Program-made: the position numbers and the translations under genes
DNA from: Octopus vulgaris
Lineage: Eukaryota
NCBI GenBank assembly: GCA_951406725.2
Contig: OX597831.1
Span: 38,564,001-38,628,000, forward strand
DNA length: 64,000 bases
Direction: 5' to 3'
Part shown: positions 1 to 13,939 of the stretch, in pieces
Position numbering within the stretch: the first letter of the stretch is position 1
Layout of the letters: each line of letters starts with the position of its first letter
Notes under the pieces: generated by a model
The model's input: the letters and a program-made list of their open reading frames with translations, nothing else
Told to the model about the DNA's origin: nothing
Databases searched by the model: none

Positions 1-175
1 AATCCAAACGGGAAAACAGAAAAAACAACAACACGTGGAACAATTACAGTATTATTATTATTAGGCGCTCAGGAAAATGGAAGAAGGAGGGTATGACGTT
101 TCGAGCGAAGCTCTTCGTCGGAAACATAGGAGAAAGAAAGATCCCGAGACGGGAGGACAGAGGAAAAAAAATTGC
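1..175 (-). mobile_element. Short PLE pseudo-LTR-like non-autonomous repeat (CCGACGA-core HHR family), truncated by window start
   Basis: Homologous to 22375-22555 and 49528-49730 (ggcgctcaggaa...gagc..gctcttcgtcggaaacataggagaa); carries an HHR motif. Confidence 0.7.
91..125 (-). ncRNA. Minimal type-I hammerhead ribozyme motif, U4C variant
   Basis: Minus strand GTTT-CCGACGA-A-GAGC-TTC-GCTC-GAAAC-GTC-ATAC; palindromic ACGT helix III, GUC triplet. Confidence 0.65.
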
Positions 176-564
176 AGGTAGTCGGGGTGGAAATAGCACA
201 TAATTAAGTTTAAGACATTTCCGTTTGAGAGGGTATTTAATAAAAGTTTGTATAAATAAAAATATTAATATTTAAGGATCGGATTTATTTCATCCTATCA
301 AATATTAGGAAAAATCATAAAAATTTGGAAAGTTTGCAGTAAAAACAATCTCTCTTCAGTCTGGTGGTCAAAAACATATTTGGAATTTTTTCTTTGAAGT
401 CTTGTTTAAATTTAGTTTATTGTAGATATCAAAGTGTTAGAGAGTGAGAGAATGGATGTCCATAGTCTAAAAGAAATCTTTGTGTGTTCCTGTCAAGGGA
501 ATGTCTAAAAAGCACTTATTGAATGGGTTTTATGTCCACCTGTGTGTGTGAGGGTATGTGTGTA

Positions 565-643
<79 letters not shown>

Positions 644-1128
644 TGTGTTGAATGTCATTTCAATATATTTTGGAAAATGACCAGCGGTGAGATCATGGGT
701 GTGTATGTTGTGAAGAATTTCTGTTGAAAATAGTTAGGATTTTTCTTTGGTTTGGTTGTATTCTTTTGAATGTCTCCACCTGTGTGCGTCTGTGATGTTT
801 ACTTTTGTATCTATGTGTGTATGTGTGTGTACAGAGTTGTATGTGTGAAGGTGTTTTCTTTTGTATGCATGTGTGTGTGTTTGTGATGTTTCTAATGTAC
901 GTGAGTGCATGTGTTTACGTTTGTGTATGTGTTTTTGTGTTTGTGTGTATGTTTGTGTGTGTGAATTTGTGTGTGTGTGTGTGTGTGTGTGTAGGTGTGT
1001 GTTGGCATATATGTATACTGAAAAAAGATTTAGTAGATGATGGGAAGTATTTTGTAAAAAATTATATTTATATGTATAAAATGGTAATACAGTGTATAAA
1101 ACCTTCAAAATCAAGTTAAATCTCACCT

Positions 1129-1230
1129 ATCTACGTACTCACATGCAATTGTTGCCAAAATAATTACATAGGTCACACGGGTAGATCGTTACGCAACAGA
1201 ATGACGACCCATCGCCAACAGATCTCTAAT
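1129..1230 (+). pseudogene. PLE GIY-YIG endonuclease fragment
   Basis: Manual translation IYVLTCNCCQNNYIGHTGRSLRNRMTTHRQQI matches the IY..CxxC..YIG.T.R....R...H pattern; in frame with ORF 1201..1461. Confidence 0.8.
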
Positions 1231-1264
1231 CTTTTTTCAACTATGTATATGTATGTGTGTATCA

Positions 1265-1562
1265 TGTACTCTTCCGTCGTTAGCCGACGTATCAGGGTTC
1301 CCCAATTTCTTGCCGAACGACCACATAAATGGTTTGCTTATAGTGATCAAGTGTTTGTAGACACATGTGCTTACTCCCTAAATCAAACTGACATTACCTG
1401 TACAGATGTACCGTATGGTACATATGAGATGATGAAATGGTCGTACAGCAACCTAAAATGAAGTGATTTGCTCAAGAACACAACGCAACGCCCGGTCTGA
1501 GAATCGAACCAACGATCTCGCAGTCGCGAGAGCGACATCCTAACCAGTAAGCCATGCGCCTT
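1265..1562 (-). mobile_element. tRNA-derived SINE (family C-related, diverged)
   Basis: Minus-strand tRNA-like head (ggcgcatggcttactggttagg...ggttcgattctcagaccggg); similar to 31522-31872. Confidence 0.75.
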
Positions 1563-1568
1563 AACGTA

Positions 1569-1599
<31 letters not shown>

Positions 1600-2191
1600 A
1601 TTGATGACGGAAATGGAAGATTTAGTTCCCAGCTTGGGGAACACATACGCCATAGAAACGGGAAAACCGGGCTCATGAGCCTGGCTAGACTTTAAAAGGA
1701 CGCATTTGTTTTTACAGCTGTCTCAGAGGGCTACGGTATTGAGCATCTTGTTGTATTGCATCATTCAATGCATACCCTGTCACTTCAGGTTCTTGGTGTA
1801 AAAAGTAATATCGCACTAGATATACCTTCTGTCAGTGTATCTACATACAAGGAGCGAGAACAACATGTGAGGGAGAACTCTGTATATCTGAACCATGAAC
1901 TGACTCAAACGCATATCGAAAACAACTGTGAGCCTATAATAAATACATAAATGCATATATGCCATTCGTTCTCTATATTTTATGTGCCACTCTGTAAAAA
2001 ATATAGCATTTTAACTGGGTAATGGAAGCATAGATGAACAAATTTGACGTGATGGACTTTGATATCGGATTACCTGGAGTACAAGATTGATCTCAAGACA
2101 TTTTTGTTAGCCTGGTGTAGTTTTATTTGTGGAGAGCTTAAGCAGTATTTCATTTCGATTACTAATACCTTATTAATCTTCATATATATTA

Positions 2192-2226
<35 letters not shown>

Positions 2227-2256
2227 TGTATGTATGTATGTATGTATGTATGTATG

Positions 2257-2298
<42 letters not shown>

Positions 2299-3109
2299 TA
2301 TAGATGGATATATAGATAGATTGTGCTGTGTTCTTTCAGTGCATAGGTAAGTGCATTCATATATAACTCTGTGTGTGCGTGTATGTGTGTGTGTGTGTAC
2401 ATGTATATACGGATATGTGTGTACATGTATGTATGGATATATATATATACATGCATACGTAAGAATGCATATATGTATGTATTCATGTATTTATTAGAGA
2501 GAGAGATAGCTAGATCTGCAACGAATTCAAAACAACTTTCCTTCGTATTCGCATATAATACCAACTAATTGATTTAGAATGAATTTACATATAATATATT
2601 GCATTCGATACGATTATGCATTGTCTTCCTCGATTAAGATAAGTCGATGAACGCTCTAAGTTTGACCTGTCAACCAACGTATGATTTGGCATTATTTAAA
2701 CTGAGATTGAAGTTCCCAGAGTCATGTCCTAAAGCTATATCTATAGCAAAGTTTACAAGTTCAAATATTAATAAATTGCTTTGATGAATACATGGACATG
2801 ACTTGGTAAGTTTGGAGTATAAGCGATTGAAATATTTCCATTAAATATCGGGTCTTCTTGAATCTACTCAGGAACGATCGGAGAGAGGGATGATTTATTT
2901 AGTTGATTGTTCTTGTAGAAATGGCAGTCAAATCTCCTTTACACTATATCTGTTCTTTTAGATAAGAACGTAGCCCAAGGTATACGAAAAGGCCTGATGT
3001 TCTCTATCAGAAATATCTTTGACCATGCATTTGGTCGACTAGGGGCTCGACTTAATTTTTTATATGATTGTTGTCCCAAACCAAGATTAAGTTAATTGAA
3101 GTGTAAGTA

Positions 3110-3790
3110 ACCAAAAAGAATAAATAGATAAGGCCTACAAATTCAAAAGATAACACTTGACAGAAGGCTGCATAACCTCGACCGGGGAAAAACAAGATAA
3201 ATGTAGCGAGTTCCAAAGTGCAGCAATTCGAGTAAAGAGGCTTTTGGAATGGAAAAAAAATAACTAATTGGAACCTCAATACAGAAACGATGTGCCTGGA
3301 AAGAGAAGGGATTGATGAATTTAAAGTTCTTGACAGGGGGCGTTAAACTAGAAAGTTTATCAGAGCAATGACCAGGGAAATACTCATTTGATGATGGGCC
3401 AAAAAAAACCGACCTAGTAGAAATAAGACCCTCTATGTTAAAAAAACTCGATCCTGAATCCGATCCAGCAAGTTAGTATGCTTGATCTGATTCAAAATCG
3501 ACATTCGATGGAGGAACCAGCCCAAGGACGATAATAATATTCAATGCAAAATCGAATGGAGGCATCATAGAGATACAGAGTACGCCCAGATGTCAAAAGC
3601 TTGCGAGTACGGGAGAGAGCCAATGTTCACAGCAGCTAATTCGGCAATAAACTGAACATGTTTGTTCCAAGAGATTTTTTGGCCAAACACTGACATGCAT
3701 GTCGGATTCTGTAACTTTCTGGAATAACTGAATCATAGTCAAGACATCATCCCCAGCACTCAAAACAGATGAAGTTCGATTTTAAACTAC
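3110..3790 (-). pseudogene. CR1/L2-group LINE ORF2 3' relic (RT C-terminus)
   Basis: Frameshifted minus-strand peptides ISWNKHVQFIAELAAVNIG, LYLYDASIRFCIEYYYRPWAGSS, LLDRIQDR, YFPGHCSDKLSSLTPP, LFTRIAALWNSL. Confidence 0.8.
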
Positions 3791-3984
3791 ACCACAGTAC
3801 AGATTCAGAATTGAGACAATGAGAACTAAATAAAAATAAATAAGGTTCTCCTACCCGCAAATTAACATCATCTAATAACATAACAAATTCTCGTTCAAAT
3901 GATTTCAAAATGTATAAAAACTAAGTGTATATTGGGTATGCCAGTGATAATGACAATGTGTTGTTTAAAGGGCCACGGTATCAA

Positions 3985-4360
3985 CCCGACTCGACACCTT
4001 CCCACACGCCTAGAGAAAAAAATCACTGAAGTGCTGGAGAATGTTACACAAGACAAGCTACAGAGTGTTTGGCAGGAGCTAGCCTCCCGACTTGACGTGT
4101 GTCGTGTCACTGTCGGAGAGCATATTGAATATTGGTGAAGTGTTGCAAAATCGGTTATAAAATCTACACCCCTCAGAATCTCTTGTTGAAATTTTGATAA
4201 ATGTTCTATCGAAGCCTATATAATTTCATTTTGCCTCAGAAATATAGATATATAAAGTAAATAGACATGAAACCTATTAAATTTCGTTTCTGTTAGACAT
4301 ATAGTTACTCAGATACTCACATTTCAAATGATGTCAGTTTCTTTGGGGAAACCCTACATA
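3985..4360 (+). mobile_element. Tc1/mariner DNA transposon 3' relic
   Basis: C-terminal transposase motif KITEVLENVTQDKLQSVWQELASRLDVCRVTVGEHIE; TIR-like end tggggaaaccctaca at ~4345-4358. Confidence 0.75.
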
Positions 4361-4362
4361 TT

Positions 4363-4475
4363 TACTCTTTACTCTTTTACTTGTTTCAATCATGTGACTG
4401 TGGCCATGCTTCCACCTTTAGACGAGCAAATCGACCCCAGGACGTATTCTTTGTAAGCCTAATATGTATTCTATT
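4363..4475 (-). mobile_element. SINE family B (CORE-type) 3' fragment
   Basis: (ttttactc)n tail plus gtgactgtggccatgct...gagcaaatcgacccc, as in full copies. Confidence 0.8.
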
Positions 4476-4477
4476 TT

Positions 4478-4930
4478 TCTTTTTTTTTATTGCCCACAAG
4501 GGGCTAAACATAGAAGGGACAAACAAGGACAGACAAAGGGATTAATTCGATTACATCGACCCCAGTGCATAACTGTTACTTAGTTTATCGACCCAGAAGG
4601 GATGACAGTCAAAGTCGACCTCGGCGGAATTTGAACTCAGAACGTAAAGACAGACGAAACACTGCTAAGCATCTCGCCCCGCGTGCTAACATTTCTTATT
4701 TCTTTATTGCCCACAAGGGGCTAAACATAGAGGGGACAAACAAAAACAGACAAAGGGATTAAGTCGATTAGATCGACACCAGTGCGTAACTGCTACTTAA
4801 TTTATCGACCCCGAAAGGATGAAAGGCAAAGTAGACCTAGGCGGAGTTTGAACTCAGGATGTAGCGGCAGACGAAATACGGCTACGCATTTCGCCCGGCG
4901 TGCAAACATTTCTGCCAGCTCGCCGCCTTA
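4478..4930 (-). mobile_element. SINE family A (Meta-domain-like), two nested or tandem units
   Basis: Head ggcggcgagctggcagaa..., central gaggtcgactttgcctttcatcctttcggggtcgataaattaagtaccag. Confidence 0.85.
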
Positions 4931-5659
4931 GCAATTAATAAATATTACTTTAAGGATAATAGTAATTTTAATTGCACTCTATTTCTGTATATCATGTATA
5001 ATTTAACGCTAAAAAGAAAGAAAAGATATGGCTTTTGAAATGAATTATTGTGTCGTACCTTACATAGATAATATCAAAATATATAGGCTGTAAATAAATT
5101 GTTCGGAAGAGCGTAAATCAACGAATTCTTGACACTTCCTAAAAGGCGAGAAAATGGTTTGTCATATAGCATCATATTTGTGAGAAAAAATAACATATAT
5201 CAACGAAACTGCGATCGAAGAGGTACAGGAATCCCTCATTTAAAGTAGGTGAACAATAGCGGAAAATAAACGAGGAAGAACAATAGTAGTGACATACGTG
5301 CATTAAAAATTTGACGCCAGTTTTGTAAATAAATTTCAACTACAATTTTTACGATGAATATCGCTGATTTCTTGGACTTTGAATTTTTTTCTGTATTCGC
5401 TATTGTTCATTTTAACATTTCTGTCTACTTGCCATTATCAAAAATTTACAAATAGTTATTTATTAAGTTCATTCAAATATCATGGAATTATAGAATCACG
5501 AAATAAAGTCTGGTCACATAAGAACGATGAAAATATGTCTGAGTATATCGTAATACAAATTTAGTATATATAGTTTAGATTATCTTCACTTTGGCCACCT
5601 CTCTTTCTGTTTTCCCTCTCTCTCTCTCTCGCTCTCTCTCTCATTGTTTCTATCTCTGA

Positions 5660-5692
<33 letters not shown>

Positions 5693-6487
5693 TATGTATC
5701 TCTCAATATATATATATACATCAGTTTGTGTTGCAAAATTCCTGCTGTGAAGTCGTGTGTTAAAACAGATGTTGTATTTCGGGATGGTCATTTTTATCCC
5801 CTTTTTTTTTTTGCTAAATAAACACACGCATTATATATTTGTGTTTCACTCGTTTATTATTGTTCTTATTTATTTTTTTAAACTCATGTCCATTGTCAGG
5901 AAATCTTTTGTCACACATCTATTACCTCTTCAGGGGCACTTTTCGTTTTCGTGTGCGTTCTTGCTCCACTTACTACATTCTGTTCTTCTAAGATGTGTAT
6001 CCTTATGTGTGCATGCGTGTGCGCCTGTGTTAGTGTGTGCATGTGTGAATGTGTGTATGTGTGTGTATACTTGTGTGTGTGACATTGTTCTCAGCAGCAG
6101 TAAAGCCTTCCCTCAGCTTTCTCCTCTCACCGCATTGTTCTGCTGCTGCCCTAAGACCCGGAAAATTTGGTACAGTTCCTCTATCCCTCTGTTTTTGTGT
6201 TCGCCAACGGTGTTGCCATCGTGGTAGCTGTTATTGTTGTTGTTTCTGCAATCGTTATCACCGCCGCTGCTGCTGTCGTTGTAATTCGTGTCGTTGATAT
6301 TGTTGTAGCTGCCCGTGAAACTTCTTGTGTGTGTATTTGTGTGTAATGGTTTGCTTTGTATGTTCTTTTGTATTCATGCTCTTTATATAGATTTATTTAT
6401 ATATTCATTTTACCTATCCCTATTTCTTATAGTTATCACAGGCATGTGACAAATATATATATTTATCTATTTGTATATTATTTATTC

Positions 6488-6525
<38 letters not shown>

Positions 6526-6639
6526 TTGTGTGTACCACAGGTAAATGCATATATGTCTATTGTGTGTGTATTACCCTGTATGTATCTGCGTATCATTTAC
6601 GATTTATTTCCTCTCTCTTCTCTTCCCATCAGTCTTCAA

Positions 6640-8205
6640 TCATGTGGTGTGACGGTGGGTGTTACTGTTAATTTCGTGTTTTATATTGAGGTTCGGTCTG
6701 TCTACTGCTATGTGCGTAGCCTCTGTCAACTGTCTAAGTGTCGTGTCATTTCTATGCGTCAATATTACTTTAACCTCTATATTATTAATCGAGCCTCCAT
6801 GTTCTGCCTGAGCATGTTTGTAGAGCACTGACAAGCTTTTCGCTTCTTTGAGCTCTCACAAATGTTCACCTATGCGCTCTCCTATGCTGCTCTCCGATGT
6901 AGGCAGATGTTATGTTTCTGCACCGTCCTTCAGTACAACGTAAGCTATACACTACATTCCTAAACTTATAGTTAACCCGTTGTTCCATCCTACAAACAAC
7001 ACAATTGTACTCCGTACAGGGGTCTTATCAAAGGGATAGATACTACAGATCAGGGATCTTATAGGAGCATCAGGCCTCTCTACTACATTCATCCGTAAAT
7101 TAGCTTTAATGTTTTTCTATAAAGGTATACTAGTTCGCCGAGAAGGGTAGCATCGACGAACATGACGTTCTGTTAATTTTTGTTGTCATACCAAGTGTTG
7201 GCCTTATTTCTCTTATCACTGGTCCTTTCTGCCCTGTTCCAGGTTTTACTCCTGTACAGCGGGCATATCCCCTTAGCATCTCTCTCTATGATGGCTTTGT
7301 ACTTAGTCCTGGCTCCTTTGTACACACTCTAATCATGTCCCTTTGATTGTAGCGGGAGAACTACATGCGGTGGATGAAGTATTGTACGTGTCTTTCCAAT
7401 TCCACAGGGTCGCACATGCGAGACATATTCCTCATCATTCTCACCAAGTTAGCTATAAGAATGTTGAACTGGGTATTATCCACAACTGCTGCGTTCTTGT
7501 GAGCAAGGTATTTAGAGGCTACGGGTTTAGCATAATGAGAGCGAAGGATCTGGAACTTACCGTTCTTTGTTTCCAACAAGAGTTCTATCCCTAAAACGAG
7601 TATTCTATAGTTTGGGTGTTTACTAGGGCGGTCTATCATTAGCTCAATGCTCTGGTGGATGCAGTTAGTTATTTGCAGGATGTTCTCCATAATGTTAGCT
7701 TCTAGATCATCACTATTATCTTGCAGCTGTGCTTTGGCTACTATACTGATATCTTCCATATAGCAGGAGTACACAAGGTTAGGTTTATGGAGTTTTCTGC
7801 TAATTAATCTTCTACCCTACCATACTATAAATAGGTTAGCCACATCACCAGCGATACAGACACCGATGGTTTCACCTTCCTCTTGGGCGTATATTTTGCT
7901 ATTAAGCTTAAATATATAGCCCTTCAGTGTGGTCTTGGTAGTCGCACCCACTGCATGTGCGACCATCTTTTTAACCTGATCGTTGTTTTCCGGAGCCCGT
8001 ATAGTTTGGTCATCCATTTCATCTCTCTTTATGGGTCTTCTTGCCAATAGAAGTTATGACAGGTGAGGGTCTACTTCTTATCGATCTAGTGGGGTGTAAA
8101 CAAGTAAGGTCATATTTATCTAAGTAATTATTGTGAGGAGGTGGTCAGAGAGAGAGCCATGTGGAGTTTCGTAGTGTTGACACAAAAGAGTTTGGCCACC
8201 TTCTG
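6640..8205 (-). pseudogene. Decayed Penelope-like retroelement ORF (RT, thumb and GIY-YIG endonuclease)
   Basis: RT motif FKLNSKIYAQEEGETIGVCIAGDVANLF; YMED in place of YxDD; thumb HYAKPVASKYLAHKNAA...LVRMMRNMS; PLYRSKTWNRAER; endonuclease NVVYSLRC...YIGE...RIGEH...LYKHAQAEH...RQLTEATHIAVDRPNLNIKHE; multiple stops and frameshifts; 5' end abuts (TA)n. Confidence 0.9.
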
Positions 8206-8245
<40 letters not shown>

Positions 8246-8816
8246 ATTTCAGCAGCATCTGCGCGAAGCAGTAGCTCGGAGTCAGCAAACATTATGTTAG
8301 TTAGAATATGTTTATGCCATACTTGTACTTCTAATGAGGAAAGTCATTGCAGTTACCATCTATCAGATCTCCAGATGCAGTGTTTCTGGTTCTTTCGGCT
8401 CTTTAGCCTTCCTCGGTTAGACATATTGAAGTGAGATAATGCTGAGCAAACATAAAACCGTAGCTCTAACTAAAAATCAGTCAACAACGTTGAGTGAGGG
8501 GTGCTACTGGATTGCCCTGCCGGGAGAAATTGAGCTCTAACAACACCAAAGTGTATTTCGTGTAAGCTAACTTTAAGTTACTGTAAATATGTTTCTGACA
8601 TATTTCAACTTCTAAAGATAAACTCAATACAGTTACTGTATGGTAAAAGGTATAAAAACACCATATCTGAAGAGTGTTGACCTCTCTAGGATGCAATACG
8701 CAGAGTTTCTGGCACATTAATCTTTTATGTAATTTTAGTAAAAATATCTGTTAAAATGAGATGTCTGTGTTACTTTCACTTTTGCGTAATTTAGAAGACA
8801 ATACATTTACCGCACC

Positions 8817-8916
<100 letters not shown>

Positions 8917-9818
8917 ACAGACGAACAGACAAAAGACGCAGAGGCTAAAAGGTAGGCAGGTGGTGTGTGCGTATATGAATGTGTTTGTTGTGTAAAATGA
9001 TATGTGGGCATCTCTCTGCATATCGAATCGTTTCCAGATTATTTTCGTGTTGAAATCTATGGATTTGTATCCGCATCGAAAATATATTTGACTTACCTTA
9101 GATGTATGGCGCCTAAATTATAAGTTTTCATCGGTATTCGATCGACTTTCACTGGGAACCACAATATTCTTTTCAAGAAAAATACAATAAGAATAGTAAA
9201 GTAATGAAAGAATATATATCGAAACTGAGACTACAAAACAAAACAAATGAATAACTATAAGTTTGATCACTGTTAGCACTTTGTACGATCAAAGGACACA
9301 TACTCCACTATCTTGAAAATTTCCTTTCATGAAGAACTAATATTTATCTTGGGTGCTCTTTGATCAAGTTTATATAGTAAATAGCAGAGGAACAAAGAAA
9401 ACCTGGAGATGTTTGAAGAGGAAATCCAAAATATACGTATTTGACTGTCTCAAGAATGACATAGAGCACCAAATATAGGTTTGTTTTTGCAACTTAACTG
9501 TGAAAATAACCTACATACGTGTGAGCCAGTGTTTGTCTACACATTCACATTCACACTCACATACACATATACACACACATACATGCATATATGCACATGT
9601 GTACTTGTATGTAATATTATATCTATACAATATATATAATGATATATATATATGTATATATATATATATGTATATATATATGTGTGTATATATATATATG
9701 TATGTGTATGAATGTATGCACATATATACATACATACACGCACATACATTTATGCAAGTGTGCACTTAGGTAGAAGATATATAAATATATATATAGAGAG
9801 AGAGAAATAGATATATAG

Positions 9819-9873
<55 letters not shown>

Positions 9874-10050
9874 TATAGATAGATATAGATATATATATAA
9901 TATATACAAACACATACCCTTATATATAATGAATGTGTACACAGGCGTATGCTTGTATTTTTATATATATAATATTATGTACGCGTTGCATATATATATA
10001 TATATATAATATATATCACATATATATACATATATATATATGCATACATA

Positions 10051-10146
<96 letters not shown>

Positions 10147-10864
10147 CGTATGCAGAGACACGTATGCTCATGCGTGTGCGTGTGTGTGGATATCTGTTGT
10201 TCGCGGTTATTATTTTGATTGAAGTTTCACTGTATTAGAATAGCGACAGACTACTTGCAAATGAAGAGTAGACCCCATACCAAAAGCAGGATATATTTAA
10301 TGTAACATTCGTGGAAATCTGATTTGTCCGAACGGGAGTGAAGGAAATGCACCGAAATAGAATAGGATGCCGTACTTTTGATGTATAGGTGTAGCAACTA
10401 ACTCTGTATGATAATTGTATCTTTATTTCAGAGGGCGCTAACATATGAATAATGAGTTTCAAAGACGTTTCACACAAATAAACATATGTATGAAATAAGA
10501 AAATGTGAAGTGCTGAAGATGTAAAGTAATGAAATAAATTAATATATCATTAAACGAGAACAAATGTCAACGACTTGTGAAATGAGGTGCAGCTCAACAA
10601 GCTTGTTGCAATTAATATAAGGCAAAAAAAGTAAACCTGAAAATGTCATTATTGGGACAAATAAGCATTATATGAATATTGTGTGTGCGTGAATATATGC
10701 GATTCTTGAGTGTGTTTGACTGTGTGTGCGTGTAAGTGTAAGTGTGTGTAGGTGAAATAATAACCTTAAATATAGGTTTCTGTTTAATATTTCCTAGAGA
10801 AAATTTAGTTTACTTTCTATAAATATAATATACGTAATATCTAATATATATTATATAATATATA

Positions 10865-10929
<65 letters not shown>

Positions 10930-10930
10930 T

Positions 10931-11090
10931 GTACTCGCATAGCAAGTGATTTGATCTGAGATCGTGTGCTGAAAATGAAAACAGTTGCAGCAAGGTGTTT
11001 GTAAGCCATTTAAGAAACACACAAAAGCCGTTCGATTCACTTCAACATTTAAGTTTAATTTGTCAAAATATTTTCGTCGCTTTAAGACAG
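10931..11090 (-). repeat. Inverted pseudo-LTR arm with extension (partner of 12407-12486)
   Basis: 11008-11088 is the reverse complement of 12407-12486; extension 10931-11007 is absent from the other arm. Confidence 0.8.
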
Positions 11091-11904
11091 TTGCACCTAA
11101 ACGTTGTATCCATTCACCGTTTGACGATGATGAGAGGGACAAACACACATCCACACATATATATATATATGTGTGTGTGTGCGTCTATACAAACATATAT
11201 GTGTGTATATATACAGCCTTCAACAAAGTGGCAGTCATGTACACAACTTGGACGGACAAATACCAGTACACGGACATACGTTCACATGCACATACACATG
11301 TACACACACACACAGACGCGTCTGCCCATTCTCCTAGATACTCACATACATACGTAGCACATAAGTACAAACATACATACATGCGTATGGGCATACACAC
11401 GTACATACGCACAACATGTACACATATACACACATACATACGCACATGCATACGTGCGCATATACATACATACGCACATGCGTACGTACGTGCATACAAA
11501 CATACATACATACATACATACATATATACATACATACATACATACATACATACATACATACATACACACATACATGCATATATACATACACACATACATA
11601 CGTATATATATATATATAACTTGAACTAACTAGATGTAAGGGGAAAAAAGATAAGTAATAGTAAAACAAAAGTTTTGAGATATAGAGATAAGTGGCTGAT
11701 AATAGGTTTTAGAGTTTGTCGTGGGGGTAACTGTCGTAAATCATTTCCTAGTTTTGGCGGGGGAGGTTAAAATTTGATATTGTTGTGATGAGTGGTCAGT
11801 CTACACCTATCCACCACTACAGGTTTATAGCTTTAAGTTTATAGTGTGTGTGTGCGTGCATATACACACATACATACGTACATATATATAACGAACTAAC
11901 TCTC

Positions 11905-12114
11905 TTTTCTCATTCTCTTTCACTTGTTTCAGTCATTTGACTGCGGCCATGCTGGAGCACCGCCTTTAGTCGAGCAAATCGACCCCGGGACTTATTCTTT
12001 GTAAGCCCAGTACTTATTCTATCGGTCTGTTTTGCCGAACCGCTAAGTGACGTGACGTAAACACACCAGCATCGGTTGTCAAGCAATGCTAGGGGGACAA
12101 ACACACACACACAA

Positions 12115-12192
<78 letters not shown>

Positions 12193-12351
12193 GACAGGCT
12201 TCTTTCAGTTTCCGTCTACCAAATACACTCACAAGGCATTGGTCGGCCCGGGGCTATAGCAGAAGACGCCCAAGATGCCACGCAGTGGGACTGAATCCGG
12301 AACCATGCAGTTGGTAATCAAGCTACTTACCACACATCCACTCCTGCGCCT
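11905..12351 (-). mobile_element. SINE family B (tRNA head, CORE-like domain, internal TA/CA microsatellite), full length
   Basis: Head ggcgcaggagtggatgtgtggtaagtagcttg...ggattcagtcccactgcg; 3' ggccgcagtcaaatgactgaaacaagt. Confidence 0.9.
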
Positions 12352-12384
12352 ATTACTGTAACTTTCTCAAATGCAGCACGGATT

Positions 12385-12435
12385 TTTGTCAGTGAACAGG
12401 TCGTGGTCTTAAAGCGACGAAAATATTTTGACAAA
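12385..12435 (+). ncRNA. Type-I hammerhead ribozyme motif, G3-C8 covariant
   Basis: TTTGTCA-GTGAACA-G-GTCGT-ggtcttaaa-GCGAC-GAAAA-TA-TTT-TGACAAA; 7-bp helix I, 5-bp helix II, palindromic AATATT helix III. Confidence 0.75.
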
Positions 12436-12779
12436 TTAAACTTAAATGTTGAAGTGAATCGAACGGCTTTTGCGTGTTTCTTAAATGATCAGAAACCAAT
12501 TGGTCCAGGGACTAGATGGTAAATGTTTTTCATTTCCAAATTTATTCCTGTCGAATTTTATCCGTTATTTTTGTCGTTTACAGAACCTAGCTGTTCTTTC
12601 TAGTGTGTTGAATTCCCTATAAGCGGATTCCTTATGTGTTTAAATATATACTATATCGTATGACTAATATATAGTCTTCTTGACTAATTTTTTTTTTGCA
12701 CGTTAGACTACTGGAAATGTAAATTTTGATTGAACGTTGAAGAAAATACTTGTAGTATAAAATATGTAATTAAAGGAGT

Positions 12780-13145
12780 TCGACAAATTTAGTAAATATA
12801 AGGCCCTGGAAATTGAAATACATAAGATTTGGTATCTTGAGGCGAGAACTGTTCGTTTTGTTGTGTGTGCCCTATGCACGATAACAAAGAGATGTCAGAA
12901 GCATCTAGATGATATCCCAGGAGAACCATGTCTCAGAGAAATTCAAAAGATTGTGCTGAAAATTAATGCCCACATCATTGGAAAGCCTCTATCAATTTGA
13001 ATGTGTATTACATGAAAATATTTCGCTACTGCCCCTGTCACATCAACCCACCAAACTTTATGTTGTACTCTAGCATCTCCTATCCTTCACTTGCCCTAGG
13101 ATGCTGGGTATTTCGCGGTGAGTGATTGTAACAAAAATACAGTAT
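12780..13145 (+). pseudogene. R4/Dong-type non-LTR retrotransposon 3' end (restriction-like endonuclease C-terminus and 3' UTR)
   Basis: Translation KFSKYKALEIEIHKIWYLEARTVRFVVCALCTITK...LDDIPGEPCLREIQKIVLKINAHII matches the RLE motif K..KY..L..EI..W...T.P.V.GALG...IQK..L...AHI; followed by (TAA)n. Confidence 0.8.
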
Positions 13146-13154
13146 ATAAAATAA

Positions 13155-13186
13155 CTATAATAATAATAAGAATAATGCTATTAATA

Positions 13187-13246
<60 letters not shown>

Positions 13247-13312
13247 TACTACTACTACTACTACTAATAATAATAATAATAACAATAACAACAATAATAA
13301 TAATAATAACAG
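13155..13312. repeat. (AAT)n/(ACT)n/(AAC)n microsatellite
   Basis: Direct read. Confidence 0.95.
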
Positions 13313-13321
13313 CAAATATTC

Positions 13322-13750
13322 TACTGAGTATCCATAGATTTACTTGTCAGTTCTTTGACCTTAACCAGATAAGCATGTCACTTAGTGACTGAAGACATGT
13401 GCTTCTCTGATCAGGAGCAGAAATAGCAGCTATGTGTTGAGAGGAATTCCTTGAGGTTTGGATAATTCACCTTTGGAAATATGGGTGTTTTGTTCATTAC
13501 CCTTAAATAACCCTTATTCAGGGTTCGTTTGAACGGGGTGGACTACTTGCCCTGATCAAAATCTTAACTGAGCTCCACCAGCAAGGGAACGCGCTGTTAT
13601 TCTTGATATCAAATCACCATGTTACGCATACATAGTTGTTATGCATGTGCTTGGTGTAGCCTTATCACACGAGTAGTCATGATGGATATACTGGCCTCCG
13701 TATATTTTACCCCAGTGTCATTTTGATAGCATGCCGTACTCTCTTAGTCA
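13322..13750 (+). mobile_element. ~430-bp non-coding interspersed element embedded in (AAT)n, copy 1
   Basis: Colinear with 14515-14915; both end ...ctctc(t/a)...tc-AATAAT. Confidence 0.75.
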
Positions 13751-13787
13751 ATAATAATTACACAACAACAACAACAAAATAATAATG

Positions 13788-13848
<61 letters not shown>

Positions 13849-13859
13849 TGATGATGTTG

Positions 13860-13915
<56 letters not shown>

Positions 13916-13939
13916 GATAATAATAATAATAATAATTTC

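Noticed and set aside
8663-8712. CTGAAGA plus helix II-like stem (also 5890-5940 on the minus strand)
   Set aside because: GAAA and the cleavage triplet are not recognisable.
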